64,000 nucleotides of DNA from a virus: IMG/VR virus record IMGVR_UViG_3300045988_115476; one strand, given 5' to 3'. The position numbers and the translations under genes are program-made. Positions 55,795 through 62,163 of the stretch are shown here, one piece after another. Numbering within the stretch: position 1 is the first letter of the stretch; the number at the start of each line of letters is the position of its first letter. The notes beneath the pieces were generated by a model that searched no databases, was not told the DNA's origin, and saw nothing but the letters and a program-made list of their open reading frames with translations.

Positions 55795-55865
55795 TTATTG
55801 TACTTATAACTCGGGGCAACACCAAATATGTGCCGTAGTCTTAACTTTTGTTATTGTACTTATAA
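55795..55865. repeat. 15-bp perfect direct repeat TTATTGTACTTATAA x2
   Basis: Copies at 55795-55809 and 55851-55865, within roughly 28-bp similar blocks, upstream of the promoter at 55935. Confidence 0.6.
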
Positions 55866-55934
55866 ACGAAGCGTAACACATTGAGCATCAAATATTTACG
55901 GCGTTTTTATTTGGAAGTTTGGTATCAAAACGCT

Positions 55935-55942
55935 TATCTTTG
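55935..55942 (+). promoter_or_regulatory. Bacteroides-type -7 box
   Basis: TATCTTTG followed by CA, the same extended box as at 53118. Confidence 0.5.
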
Positions 55943-55949
55943 CACCGAC

Positions 55950-56295
55950 AATTCTTTTCATTAAGTCCTGCTTGGGGTTGCGGCGGAGGAGATCACCCGC
56001 TGCTTCCCAAGGCCCTGCCAAGTGGATTTGGTGCATCCTTCGTGGAGGGTAGCGGGTTCGACTCCCGCCAGAGCCGCCAGGACAAAGTGAGAGAATAACT
56101 TGGAAGTCGCGCTCCATGTCTCAAATAGGATTAAGTCCATCTTTATAGGTAACACTATATATGCCCCTATCCTGAGTTCGTTGTGCGCGACACGAGCAAA
56201 GGATGGGGGATTTTCGTCCCATGAATTTAGGATGTATTTTCCAGTAACTAAGTTATGCATTTTTCCTGCTGGTTCGTGAGAATAGGCGGGTTTTT
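55950..56295 (+). ncRNA. roughly 340-nt promoter-to-terminator noncoding leader containing a tRNA-like 3' module
   Basis: No credible ORF. Contains GCGGG-TTCGACT-CCCGC-CAGAGCC-G-CCA (56052-56079) and ends at hairpin h6, just upstream of ORF 56332. Confidence 0.4.
56265..56295 (+). terminator. GNRA-capped terminator hairpin h6 (near-identical to h1)
   Basis: CCTGCT-GG-TTC-GTGA-GAA-TA-GGCGGG followed by TTTTT. Confidence 0.55.
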
Positions 56296-56331
56296 CAAAA
56301 GAATACAACATTAAACAAAATATAGAACGAA

Positions 56332-57231
56332 ATGAAAAGAATGACAAGAAAAGAAGCTGCCGAGTATCTCGGCGTTTCAATCAGCACTATCTCCAACTAC
56401 ATGGCAGAGGGTGTTCTTGGTGGTTTCAAGGATCACAAAAACCTCATCTATGTGAATGCTGAGGACGTGGAGAAGTATGCAAAGCAATACCGCATGATTC
56501 CTGCCAGCGAGAAACTGCTCCAGGAGAAGCTTGATGAGTTGGAACGGTTGCGCAATGAGGCAAAAGAAGAGATTGCCGAGTTGCGGAAAGGATTCCTTGG
56601 CCCTACTTTGTCTCGTTTCAATCATCCAGCCATAGGATGGGCCATTATGGCCTTGAACAGGATTGTAGGAGACGTCCATATTCCGCGTAGAGAAGAAAGT
56701 GTGTTGCTTAGAGTGTTCGTAGGTGAAGATTTGGTCGATATTGCCGAAGAAAAAGGCGTGACGATAGAACGCATACGGCAGATAACAATCAGCGCCTGCC
56801 GACACCTCTGCGACAAAGAGCAAGAGTTAATGAAAGACTTAAAGAGCAATGCCAGGCTATTGAAGGAGAATGAGGCCCTTTGCCATGATGTAATCGTTCT
56901 CCAAGAATTTATCAAAAACATACCCGGCGTAAAATTTGAACGGGAGCTCCTTACGCCTCCTGCCTTGTTCTACAAGAAAATATCTAATTGTGGATTCAGC
57001 GTCCGAGTAACAAATAGTCTGACCTTCGGAGGTATTGAGACCGTAGGCGACATGATAACGAAATTCAACAGCTTTCAGCACATGTTGGACATGAGTGGTC
57101 TTGGCCGGGTAAACCTCCGTGAGATTGAAGCCTTCATGAAGGAGAACCATCTGGTGTTCCGAAGAAAAAACGAAGGCTACAAGGAGTACTTTGCCCGATT
57201 GACCAAATACGGAAAGTATAAGAAATGCTGA
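56332..57231 (+). CDS. composite transcription regulator: N-terminal HTH, sigma-70 region-4-like segment, RpoA alpha-CTD-like C-terminus
   Basis: MTRKEAAEYLGVSISTISNYM; ESVLLRVFVGEDLVDIAEEKGVTIERIRQITISACRHL; FSVRVTNSLTFGGIETVGDM...GLGRVNLREIEAFMKE. Confidence 0.55.
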   Translation: MKRMTRKEAAEYLGVSISTISNYMAEGVLGGFKDHKNLIYVNAEDVEKYAKQYRMIPASEKLLQEKLDELERLRNEAKEEIAELRKGFLGPTLSRFNHPAIGWAIMALNRIVGDVHIPRREESVLLRVFVGEDLVDIAEEKGVTIERIRQITISACRHLCDKEQELMKDLKSNARLLKENEALCHDVIVLQEFIKNIPGVKFERELLTPPALFYKKISNCGFSVRVTNSLTFGGIETVGDMITKFNSFQHMLDMSGLGRVNLREIEAFMKENHLVFRRKNEGYKEYFARLTKYGKYKKC

Positions 57232-57274
57232 TAGAGACTATTTGAAATGGTTCAACTGAACAGACGACAATAAC

Positions 57275-57976
57275 ATGATAGAGCTTAACAAAATATACAA
57301 CGAAGATTGCCTGAATGGAATGAAAAAGATTCCAGATTCGAGTGTTTCGTTAGTAGTGACAGACCCTCCGTATTTGTTAGACAATATCGGGGGTGGTATT
57401 TATTCGCAAGACGACAAGCGTTATGCAAAAGAGCTCGAAGATATAAAAAGTGGATTCGACCTAAAGGTTTTAGATGAATGTTGCAGGGTTTTAAAGAAGA
57501 TAAATATATACTTGTGGTGCAGTCAAAAACAAATACCGATTTACTTAGATTACTTTGTACGAGGTAAAGGCTGTTACTGGAATTTGCTTACATGGCACAA
57601 GACAAATCCCGTTCCTGCGTGTGGAAACAAATACGTTAGCGACACCGAGTATTGTTTGTTCTTTAGAGAAAAAGGCGTACCGATATACGGGAACGTTCAT
57701 ACTAAAGGGACATTCTTCGTTACGCCCCTAAATACTACCGACAAGAAAACTTGGGGGCACCCAACAATAAAGCCTTTGCGGTTCTTTGAAAACCATATCA
57801 TCAATTCAAGTCAAGAAGGCGACATAGTTCTCGACCCATTTATGGGTAGCGGAACCACCGCCATAGCGGCCATCCGCGAGAAACGCAACTTTATCGGCTT
57901 TGAACTCAACAACGAGTATTACGACAAGGCTTGCAAGCGCATCCGCTTGGAAATGGCGCAACAGACATTGTTTTGA
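57275..57976 (+). CDS. beta-class N6-adenine/N4-cytosine DNA methyltransferase
   Basis: Motif IV VVTDPPY precedes motif I DPFMGSGTT. Confidence 0.85.
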   Translation: MIELNKIYNEDCLNGMKKIPDSSVSLVVTDPPYLLDNIGGGIYSQDDKRYAKELEDIKSGFDLKVLDECCRVLKKINIYLWCSQKQIPIYLDYFVRGKGCYWNLLTWHKTNPVPACGNKYVSDTEYCLFFREKGVPIYGNVHTKGTFFVTPLNTTDKKTWGHPTIKPLRFFENHIINSSQEGDIVLDPFMGSGTTAIAAIREKRNFIGFELNNEYYDKACKRIRLEMAQQTLF

Positions 57977-57998
57977 TTAACAAACAGTAGTAACTAAT

Positions 57999-58100
57999 AT
58001 GAAACGCAAGGCAGAAGGTGTTAAGGCGGATCCAGCCCAACTTGTTCATTTGATACGAAAGGCGGGCCATTATAAACAACGAAACAACATAAGACAATGA
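57999..58100 (+). CDS. basic mini-ORF (33 aa)
   Basis: ATG 57999. Its TGA overlaps the next ATG as ATGA (58097-58100). Confidence 0.3.
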   Translation: MKRKAEGVKADPAQLVHLIRKAGHYKQRNNIRQ

Positions 58101-58231
58101 AAGTAAGATTAGCAAAGAAACTTGCGCTCAGGCCGATGTGCAAACTGTCAACACGATGGATCATGCGGTACTTCAACAATGACGCGAGGTTTAACAAAGC
58201 GTTTAGGATGATTAAGCGAAAGCGCAAATGA
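58097..58231 (+). CDS. basic mini-ORF (44 aa)
   Basis: ATGA overlaps at both ends (58097-58100 and 58228-58231). Confidence 0.3.
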   Translation: MKVRLAKKLALRPMCKLSTRWIMRYFNNDARFNKAFRMIKRKRK

Positions 58232-58359
58232 CCAATATAAGCGTATCTGTGCATCCAATAAGTCACCATGTGGAATGGAGTGGATGGGTGGCAGTCTCTC
58301 CTGCCCTTCGTGCCACGGACTACAAGTGTCCTCATTGTGTGTTGATAGAGTATGAGTAG
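58228..58359 (+). CDS. TRD-like minigene a (43 aa)
   Basis: ...VAVSPALRATDYKCPHCVLIEYE followed by a stop. Confidence 0.4.
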   Translation: MTNISVSVHPISHHVEWSGWVAVSPALRATDYKCPHCVLIEYE

Positions 58360-58517
58360 CGACAAAACATACCACCACGCCAAGAAGGTTATGTGTGTGG
58401 TGGGGGGGGGTATATACGAGTGTGTCCGCAAAGTTCAATCGTGGAAGCCTTGTGGGACTAAGCCGATGCCTAAAATCTACTACGAATGATGCGGGGATAA
58501 TGATTGAGTATGAGTAA
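58352..58517 (+). pseudogene. TRD-like cassette b, split by a G9 tract (58402-58410); out of frame as sequenced
   Basis: The ATG frame reads MSSDKTYHHAKKVMCVVGGG... and ends at TGA 58487-58489. The frame after the tract reads GGVYTSVSAKFNRGSLVGLSRCLKSTTNDAGIMIEYE and ends at TAA 58515-58517. Confidence 0.4.
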
Positions 58518-58836
58518 AGACGATAGTATCATATATAAGCGTGGAACTATCCGCAAGGATGGAAAGCTGTATGGCCGCTATCCCGACGGTTCGCTCTATC
58601 GCATCTACTCTACCAGCGACCGGCCCTTCCTTCAGCTGGTGGACATTGGAGGGGAGACATTTCTTCGCATACGCCAAGCCACCGAACAAGGATACACCGA
58701 CTGTCCCTGTCCTGGAGCCGCCGACCTCAGCTATCCGTCCTCGGCTTTGAGGCGCAGTCGCACAGTCGGCGGGGGTAAGATCACGAACACTCTGACCGCT
58801 GCAAGTGGCGGAATCTGCGTGTTTGTTGAATTATAA
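58510..58836 (+). CDS. TRD-like minigene c (108 aa)
   Basis: IRQATEQGYTDCPCPGAADLSYPSSALRRSRTVGGGKITNTLTAASGGICVFVEL. Confidence 0.5.
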   Translation: MSKDDSIIYKRGTIRKDGKLYGRYPDGSLYRIYSTSDRPFLQLVDIGGETFLRIRQATEQGYTDCPCPGAADLSYPSSALRRSRTVGGGKITNTLTAASGGICVFVEL

Positions 58837-58939
58837 AATTTTGATAGAGATGGATTTTACGGACTATGATCCCCGCAAGGGTCTCCGATGTGAATCATAT
58901 TTTGGTAAAGATTTACGATAAACAAAGAAATACAACGAT

Positions 58940-59083
58940 ATGACAGAAGAATATTTGAAAAGGAAATATGAAGAGCTTGAATCAATGAAAGATGAGCAAA
59001 GAACGGACTGCACGGTGATACTGCTTTTGTGTGTACTTTTGCTATTGCAAATGCTTTTTCTATTGCTTTTCGCCTTTGCTTGA
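58940..59083 (+). CDS. 47-aa tail-anchored peptide
   Basis: MTEEYLKRKYEELESMKDEQRTDCTVILLLCVLLLLQMLFLLLFAFA. Confidence 0.3.
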   Translation: MTEEYLKRKYEELESMKDEQRTDCTVILLLCVLLLLQMLFLLLFAFA

Positions 59084-59091
59084 ATATAAAA

Positions 59092-59217
59092 ATGTATGAC
59101 ATATATCAAAGGCCTCGTGGTTACAACAAGGGTGGACGTTTGCGGACGGACGTCTGCCCAACTATCACGGAATCTGATTGGCAACAGAACTGCTTCCTTA
59201 TAGAGGAATTTTCATAA
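59092..59217 (+). CDS. TRD-like minigene d (41 aa), in frame with the core methyltransferase across a single TAA
   Basis: MYDIYQRPRGYNKGGRLRTDVCPTITESDWQQNCFLIEEFS, then TAA 59215-59217. Confidence 0.45.
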   Translation: MYDIYQRPRGYNKGGRLRTDVCPTITESDWQQNCFLIEEFS

Positions 59218-59235
59218 CTAAATATATCATCAACT

Positions 59236-60549
59236 ATGATAACAAAAATAAACTTCGAAGATAGAACCATTAAGAGCTATGCCATACGCAAGTTTACGCC
59301 ATTTGAGTGTTTCCGCCTGATGGGCGTGCGTGACGACGTTATCAAAGCCATGCAGAGCAACAATGCCCGGGCCGCAGAGATTGTTCCCGAGTACAAGGGG
59401 ATGGGAAAGCCCGAAGACATGGCCATATCTGCCAGCCAGCAATACAAAATGGCGGGCAATAGTATCGTCGTAGATGTGCTTGCGGCCATATATGAGCAGC
59501 TGTGGTTTCCAAAGGCAACAAAGGCCAAGGGCGTGCAGTTGTCACTCTTCGAAGAAGAGACATTGCCCGACACTCCAGTAGAGGCCGATTCCGCCAACAA
59601 AGAGAAAGTCTTCCTGACCCTATTCTCTGGCTATGATTCGCAACTCATGGCAGCAGACGTTCTCCGCAAGCGCCATCCCGAGTTCAAATGGACGTGCGCA
59701 GGATGGAGCGACATTGACAAATACGCCTGCATGATGCACAACCTCGTATTTCCTCAGTATGCCGACAAAGCATTGGGAGACATTACGAAGATAGATTGGC
59801 GAAAAGTGAAGAATACCTTAGCGGGGAGGCAAATTGTAGATATGCTCACTTACAGTTCGCCTTGTCAAGATATTTCACAATGTGGCAAGCAGATGGGGTT
59901 GAAGGAAGGATCCGGCACTCGTTCTGCCCTATTGTGGAACGTGGTGGACGCAATAGAGGTGTTGCGCCCCAAGTATCTGTTGCAGGAGAATGTGGCCGCA
60001 TTGGTGAGCAAGAAGTTCATGCCCGACTTCCAGCGGTGGCTTGATAAACTCTCTTCGCTCGGATATGTGTCAAAATGGGCACGGCTCAATGCGCGAGACT
60101 ATGGCGTACCACAAAACAGAGACAGAGTGTTTTGCTTAAGCATGCGAAAAGAAGTTGCCTTCAACAACCAGTTCCCAGAACCCATAGCACTTCAACGAAG
60201 ATTGGAGGACGTACTTGAAGAGGAGGTGGCCGACCGATATTTTCTCAAAGATGATGCCGTAGGAAAGTTCCTTGAGGCCAACAACTCGGACAACGCCCTA
60301 TTCGTTCAGTTTGACCTTCCACCAACACACGAGGAAGCAATGTTTCTCAAGACATGGCTCACCATGTGGATGCAATCAGCCGATGGTTGGGAAATGACAT
60401 CCGTAAGTCTTCAACGCGCCCTTTGCTCCGCAAAGCAGGAAATGGAGTTGTCTTATTCCGTATTCAAGGACAAGGGGGTGACCGCATTAGGCGAAGAGTT
60501 TGAACGGCTATTCTCGAAGAATATGGAGAGGAAGAATGATGGAGTGTAG
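59236..60549 (+). CDS. C5-cytosine DNA methyltransferase with circularly permuted motif order (IX-X, then I-VIII)
   Basis: RKFTPFECFRLMG and QYKMAGNSIVV come first, then LFSGYDS, SSPCQDIS, QENVAAL and PQNRDRVF. Confidence 0.8.
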   Translation: MITKINFEDRTIKSYAIRKFTPFECFRLMGVRDDVIKAMQSNNARAAEIVPEYKGMGKPEDMAISASQQYKMAGNSIVVDVLAAIYEQLWFPKATKAKGVQLSLFEEETLPDTPVEADSANKEKVFLTLFSGYDSQLMAADVLRKRHPEFKWTCAGWSDIDKYACMMHNLVFPQYADKALGDITKIDWRKVKNTLAGRQIVDMLTYSSPCQDISQCGKQMGLKEGSGTRSALLWNVVDAIEVLRPKYLLQENVAALVSKKFMPDFQRWLDKLSSLGYVSKWARLNARDYGVPQNRDRVFCLSMRKEVAFNNQFPEPIALQRRLEDVLEEEVADRYFLKDDAVGKFLEANNSDNALFVQFDLPPTHEEAMFLKTWLTMWMQSADGWEMTSVSLQRALCSAKQEMELSYSVFKDKGVTALGEEFERLFSKNMERKNDGV

Positions 60550-60727
60550 GATTACCCGCGTCTCGCCATTATTTACACTTTCGGGTGGAGCAAACGGGCA
60601 AATGGTGAACGTGACGGACGGACATTGTTCGGCCACCATAACAACAAGATACGAGGCGATAGGCCCTACCAATATCATCACGCTCGCCCACTATCCAATG
60701 ACAGTAGTATTGTATGAGTTTGAATAA
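60536..60727 (+). CDS. TRD-like minigene e (63 aa)
   Basis: Its start overlaps the core gene stop. ...DGHCSATITTRYEAIGPTNIITLAHYPMTVVLYEFE. Confidence 0.45.
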   Translation: MMECRITRVSPLFTLSGGANGQMVNVTDGHCSATITTRYEAIGPTNIITLAHYPMTVVLYEFE

Positions 60728-60869
60728 GACAGTCGTAAACGCAGCAGGTGGGGGTATTACCCTTGTCCGAACGATAAAGGCAAACTACTTCAAAATGGGA
60801 GCGCAGAATTTGCTATTCACGAAGAGAAATAGTTTTTTGGCTACGGGAGTAATTTTAGAGTATGAATAA
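60714..60869 (+). CDS. TRD-like minigene f (51 aa)
   Basis: MSLNKTVVNAAGGGITLVRTIKANYFKMGAQNLLFTKRNSFLATGVILEYE. Confidence 0.4.
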   Translation: MSLNKTVVNAAGGGITLVRTIKANYFKMGAQNLLFTKRNSFLATGVILEYE

Positions 60870-60886
60870 ACAAAAACAATGATAAA

Positions 60887-61255
60887 ATGATTACTATCAA
60901 TAAAATGACAAACAAAGGATGTGTCCAAATTTATAGTGGCAACATCGATCTGACGGGAAAGCGCATCACCATGACATCCGACGGCTTCTTTGTGGACGGG
61001 AAACCGATTGTAGAGTTTGATGAGAGCGAGACACCCGTCCTGAAAATTGAGATAACGGGAAACGTTGAAAGCCTGACAACAGAAGACGGAGAGATTACCG
61101 TGAATGGGCATGTCGGAACGGTTGTTTCAAAGGACGGAGACATCAAATGTCGGACGGTTGGTGGCAATGTGGAGAACAAGGACGGAGACATCTATTGCGG
61201 AAAAGTCATGGGAAACTGTTACACAAAGAACGGCGACATTTACTGCAACAAATAG
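60887..61255 (+). CDS. beta-helix repeat protein (bactofilin/DUF583-like repeats), inserted in the cassette array
   Basis: Repeats GNVESL, GHVGTV, GDIKCRTVGGNV, GDIYCGKVMGNC and GDIYC. Confidence 0.4.
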   Translation: MITINKMTNKGCVQIYSGNIDLTGKRITMTSDGFFVDGKPIVEFDESETPVLKIEITGNVESLTTEDGEITVNGHVGTVVSKDGDIKCRTVGGNVENKDGDIYCGKVMGNCYTKNGDIYCNK

Positions 61256-61279
61256 GTGTGAATAATGTGCGAACAATAA

Positions 61280-61399
61280 ACTGCCCCCCAGATAAGTGCG
61301 ACCATCACGGCCCATTACCGCAAGGAAGGCTTCGGGAACATCCTTCACGGGATGAGCTCGATGACCAAGGCACCAGCAATATTGGTAGAATATGAGTAA
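61280..61399 (+). pseudogene. TRD-like cassette g, lacking its own start codon
   Basis: Open frame reading TAPQISATITAHYRKEGFGNILHGMSSMTKAPAILVEYE. Confidence 0.35.
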
Positions 61400-61562
61400 C
61401 CGCAGTAGAATCACAACCAAGCTTCAGCCAATCATCCTTGGCTATTACAGTCCATCGCAGAACGGAATAGTCGTGTCGCCGCATGGTATAGCACATTGCC
61501 TATCTGGGGGGGGTAAAGGCCACGACGTGGATAAACCAAAAATATTGATTGAATATGATTAA
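61392..61562 (+). CDS. TRD-like minigene h (56 aa), contains an in-frame G8 tract (61506-61513)
   Basis: ...GIVVSPHGIAHCLSGGGKGHDVDKPKILIEYD. Confidence 0.45.
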   Translation: MSNRSRITTKLQPIILGYYSPSQNGIVVSPHGIAHCLSGGGKGHDVDKPKILIEYD

Positions 61563-61743
61563 AAAAACTAATCACGAGTGGTTGCAAATCGGATGTATCT
61601 GCGTAGGTCGTCTGATTCCTCCAACACCAGGATGGCATGAGCTGTGCCTTCGCATTTATTCACCTCGTGGTTGCAGCCCCTGCATCCCAGCAAGAGCAGC
61701 AGACGCAACCGTCTGTCCGAAAATACTCATAGAATATGCTTAG
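61555..61743 (+). CDS. TRD-like minigene i (62 aa)
   Basis: ...LRIYSPRGCSPCIPARAADATVCPKILIEYA. Confidence 0.45.
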   Translation: MIKKTNHEWLQIGCICVGRLIPPTPGWHELCLRIYSPRGCSPCIPARAADATVCPKILIEYA

Positions 61744-61900
61744 AAAGAATACCAGGTTAGAGATAATGTTTCAGCATGGTTTCCGGCCATCGCATGGAAT
61801 GTGGATAGACACATACAACCAGCAGTTTGGTAGGATTGTCACATTCACCATTCTTTCGACGGTTGGAAAGAATAACTATTTTGTGGTAAAAGAGCTATGA
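61736..61900 (+). CDS. TRD-like minigene j (54 aa)
   Basis: ...FGRIVTFTILSTVGKNNYFVVKEL. Confidence 0.35.
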   Translation: MLRKNTRLEIMFQHGFRPSHGMWIDTYNQQFGRIVTFTILSTVGKNNYFVVKEL

Positions 61901-62046
61901 GAAAATTGATTCCGTTCGTACAAAGAACCTCACGGGTATATCCGAGGCAAGGCTACTCAACGGCTATCTCCGCACGATACGACGGTTGGGCCGGCCTTTA
62001 CGACATGCACGGGCAGCACACGATCATATTGGTAGAATATGGATGA
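61897..62046 (+). CDS. TRD-like minigene k (49 aa)
   Basis: MRKLIPFVQRTSRVYPRQGYSTAISARYDGWAGLYDMHGQHTIILVEYG. Confidence 0.45.
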   Translation: MRKLIPFVQRTSRVYPRQGYSTAISARYDGWAGLYDMHGQHTIILVEYG

Positions 62047-62163
62047 ACAGATTGTAACAAAAACGAACTTGCGGAGCGCATTGTGCGCCTCCTGCCAAAG
62101 CGCACACACCTCGTGGATTTGTTTTGCGAGGAAACAAGAGAGTGCAGCTTAGTTTGTTCTAAA

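Noticed and set aside
55960-56138. The 9-bp direct repeats ATTAAGTCC as proof of a mobile-element insertion.
   Set aside because: A single 9-mer pair could arise by chance, and no transposase or terminal inverted repeats accompany it. It is kept only as a supporting observation in the tRNA-like-module finding.
54543-56295. The repeated hairpins could be a CRISPR array.
   Set aside because: Spacing is irregular (59 to 1120 bp). The repeats are not identical, and each is followed by a U-tract. There are no cas genes in the window.
54489-56380. Track ORFs inside the RNA island: 54489-54686, 54577-54774, 55068-55298, 55100-55309, 55189-55392, 55317-55544, 55896-56117 and 55961-56380.
   Set aside because: They are mutually overlapping on both strands and run through terminator hairpins and the tRNA-like module. 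Their composition is dominated by the hairpin sequences.
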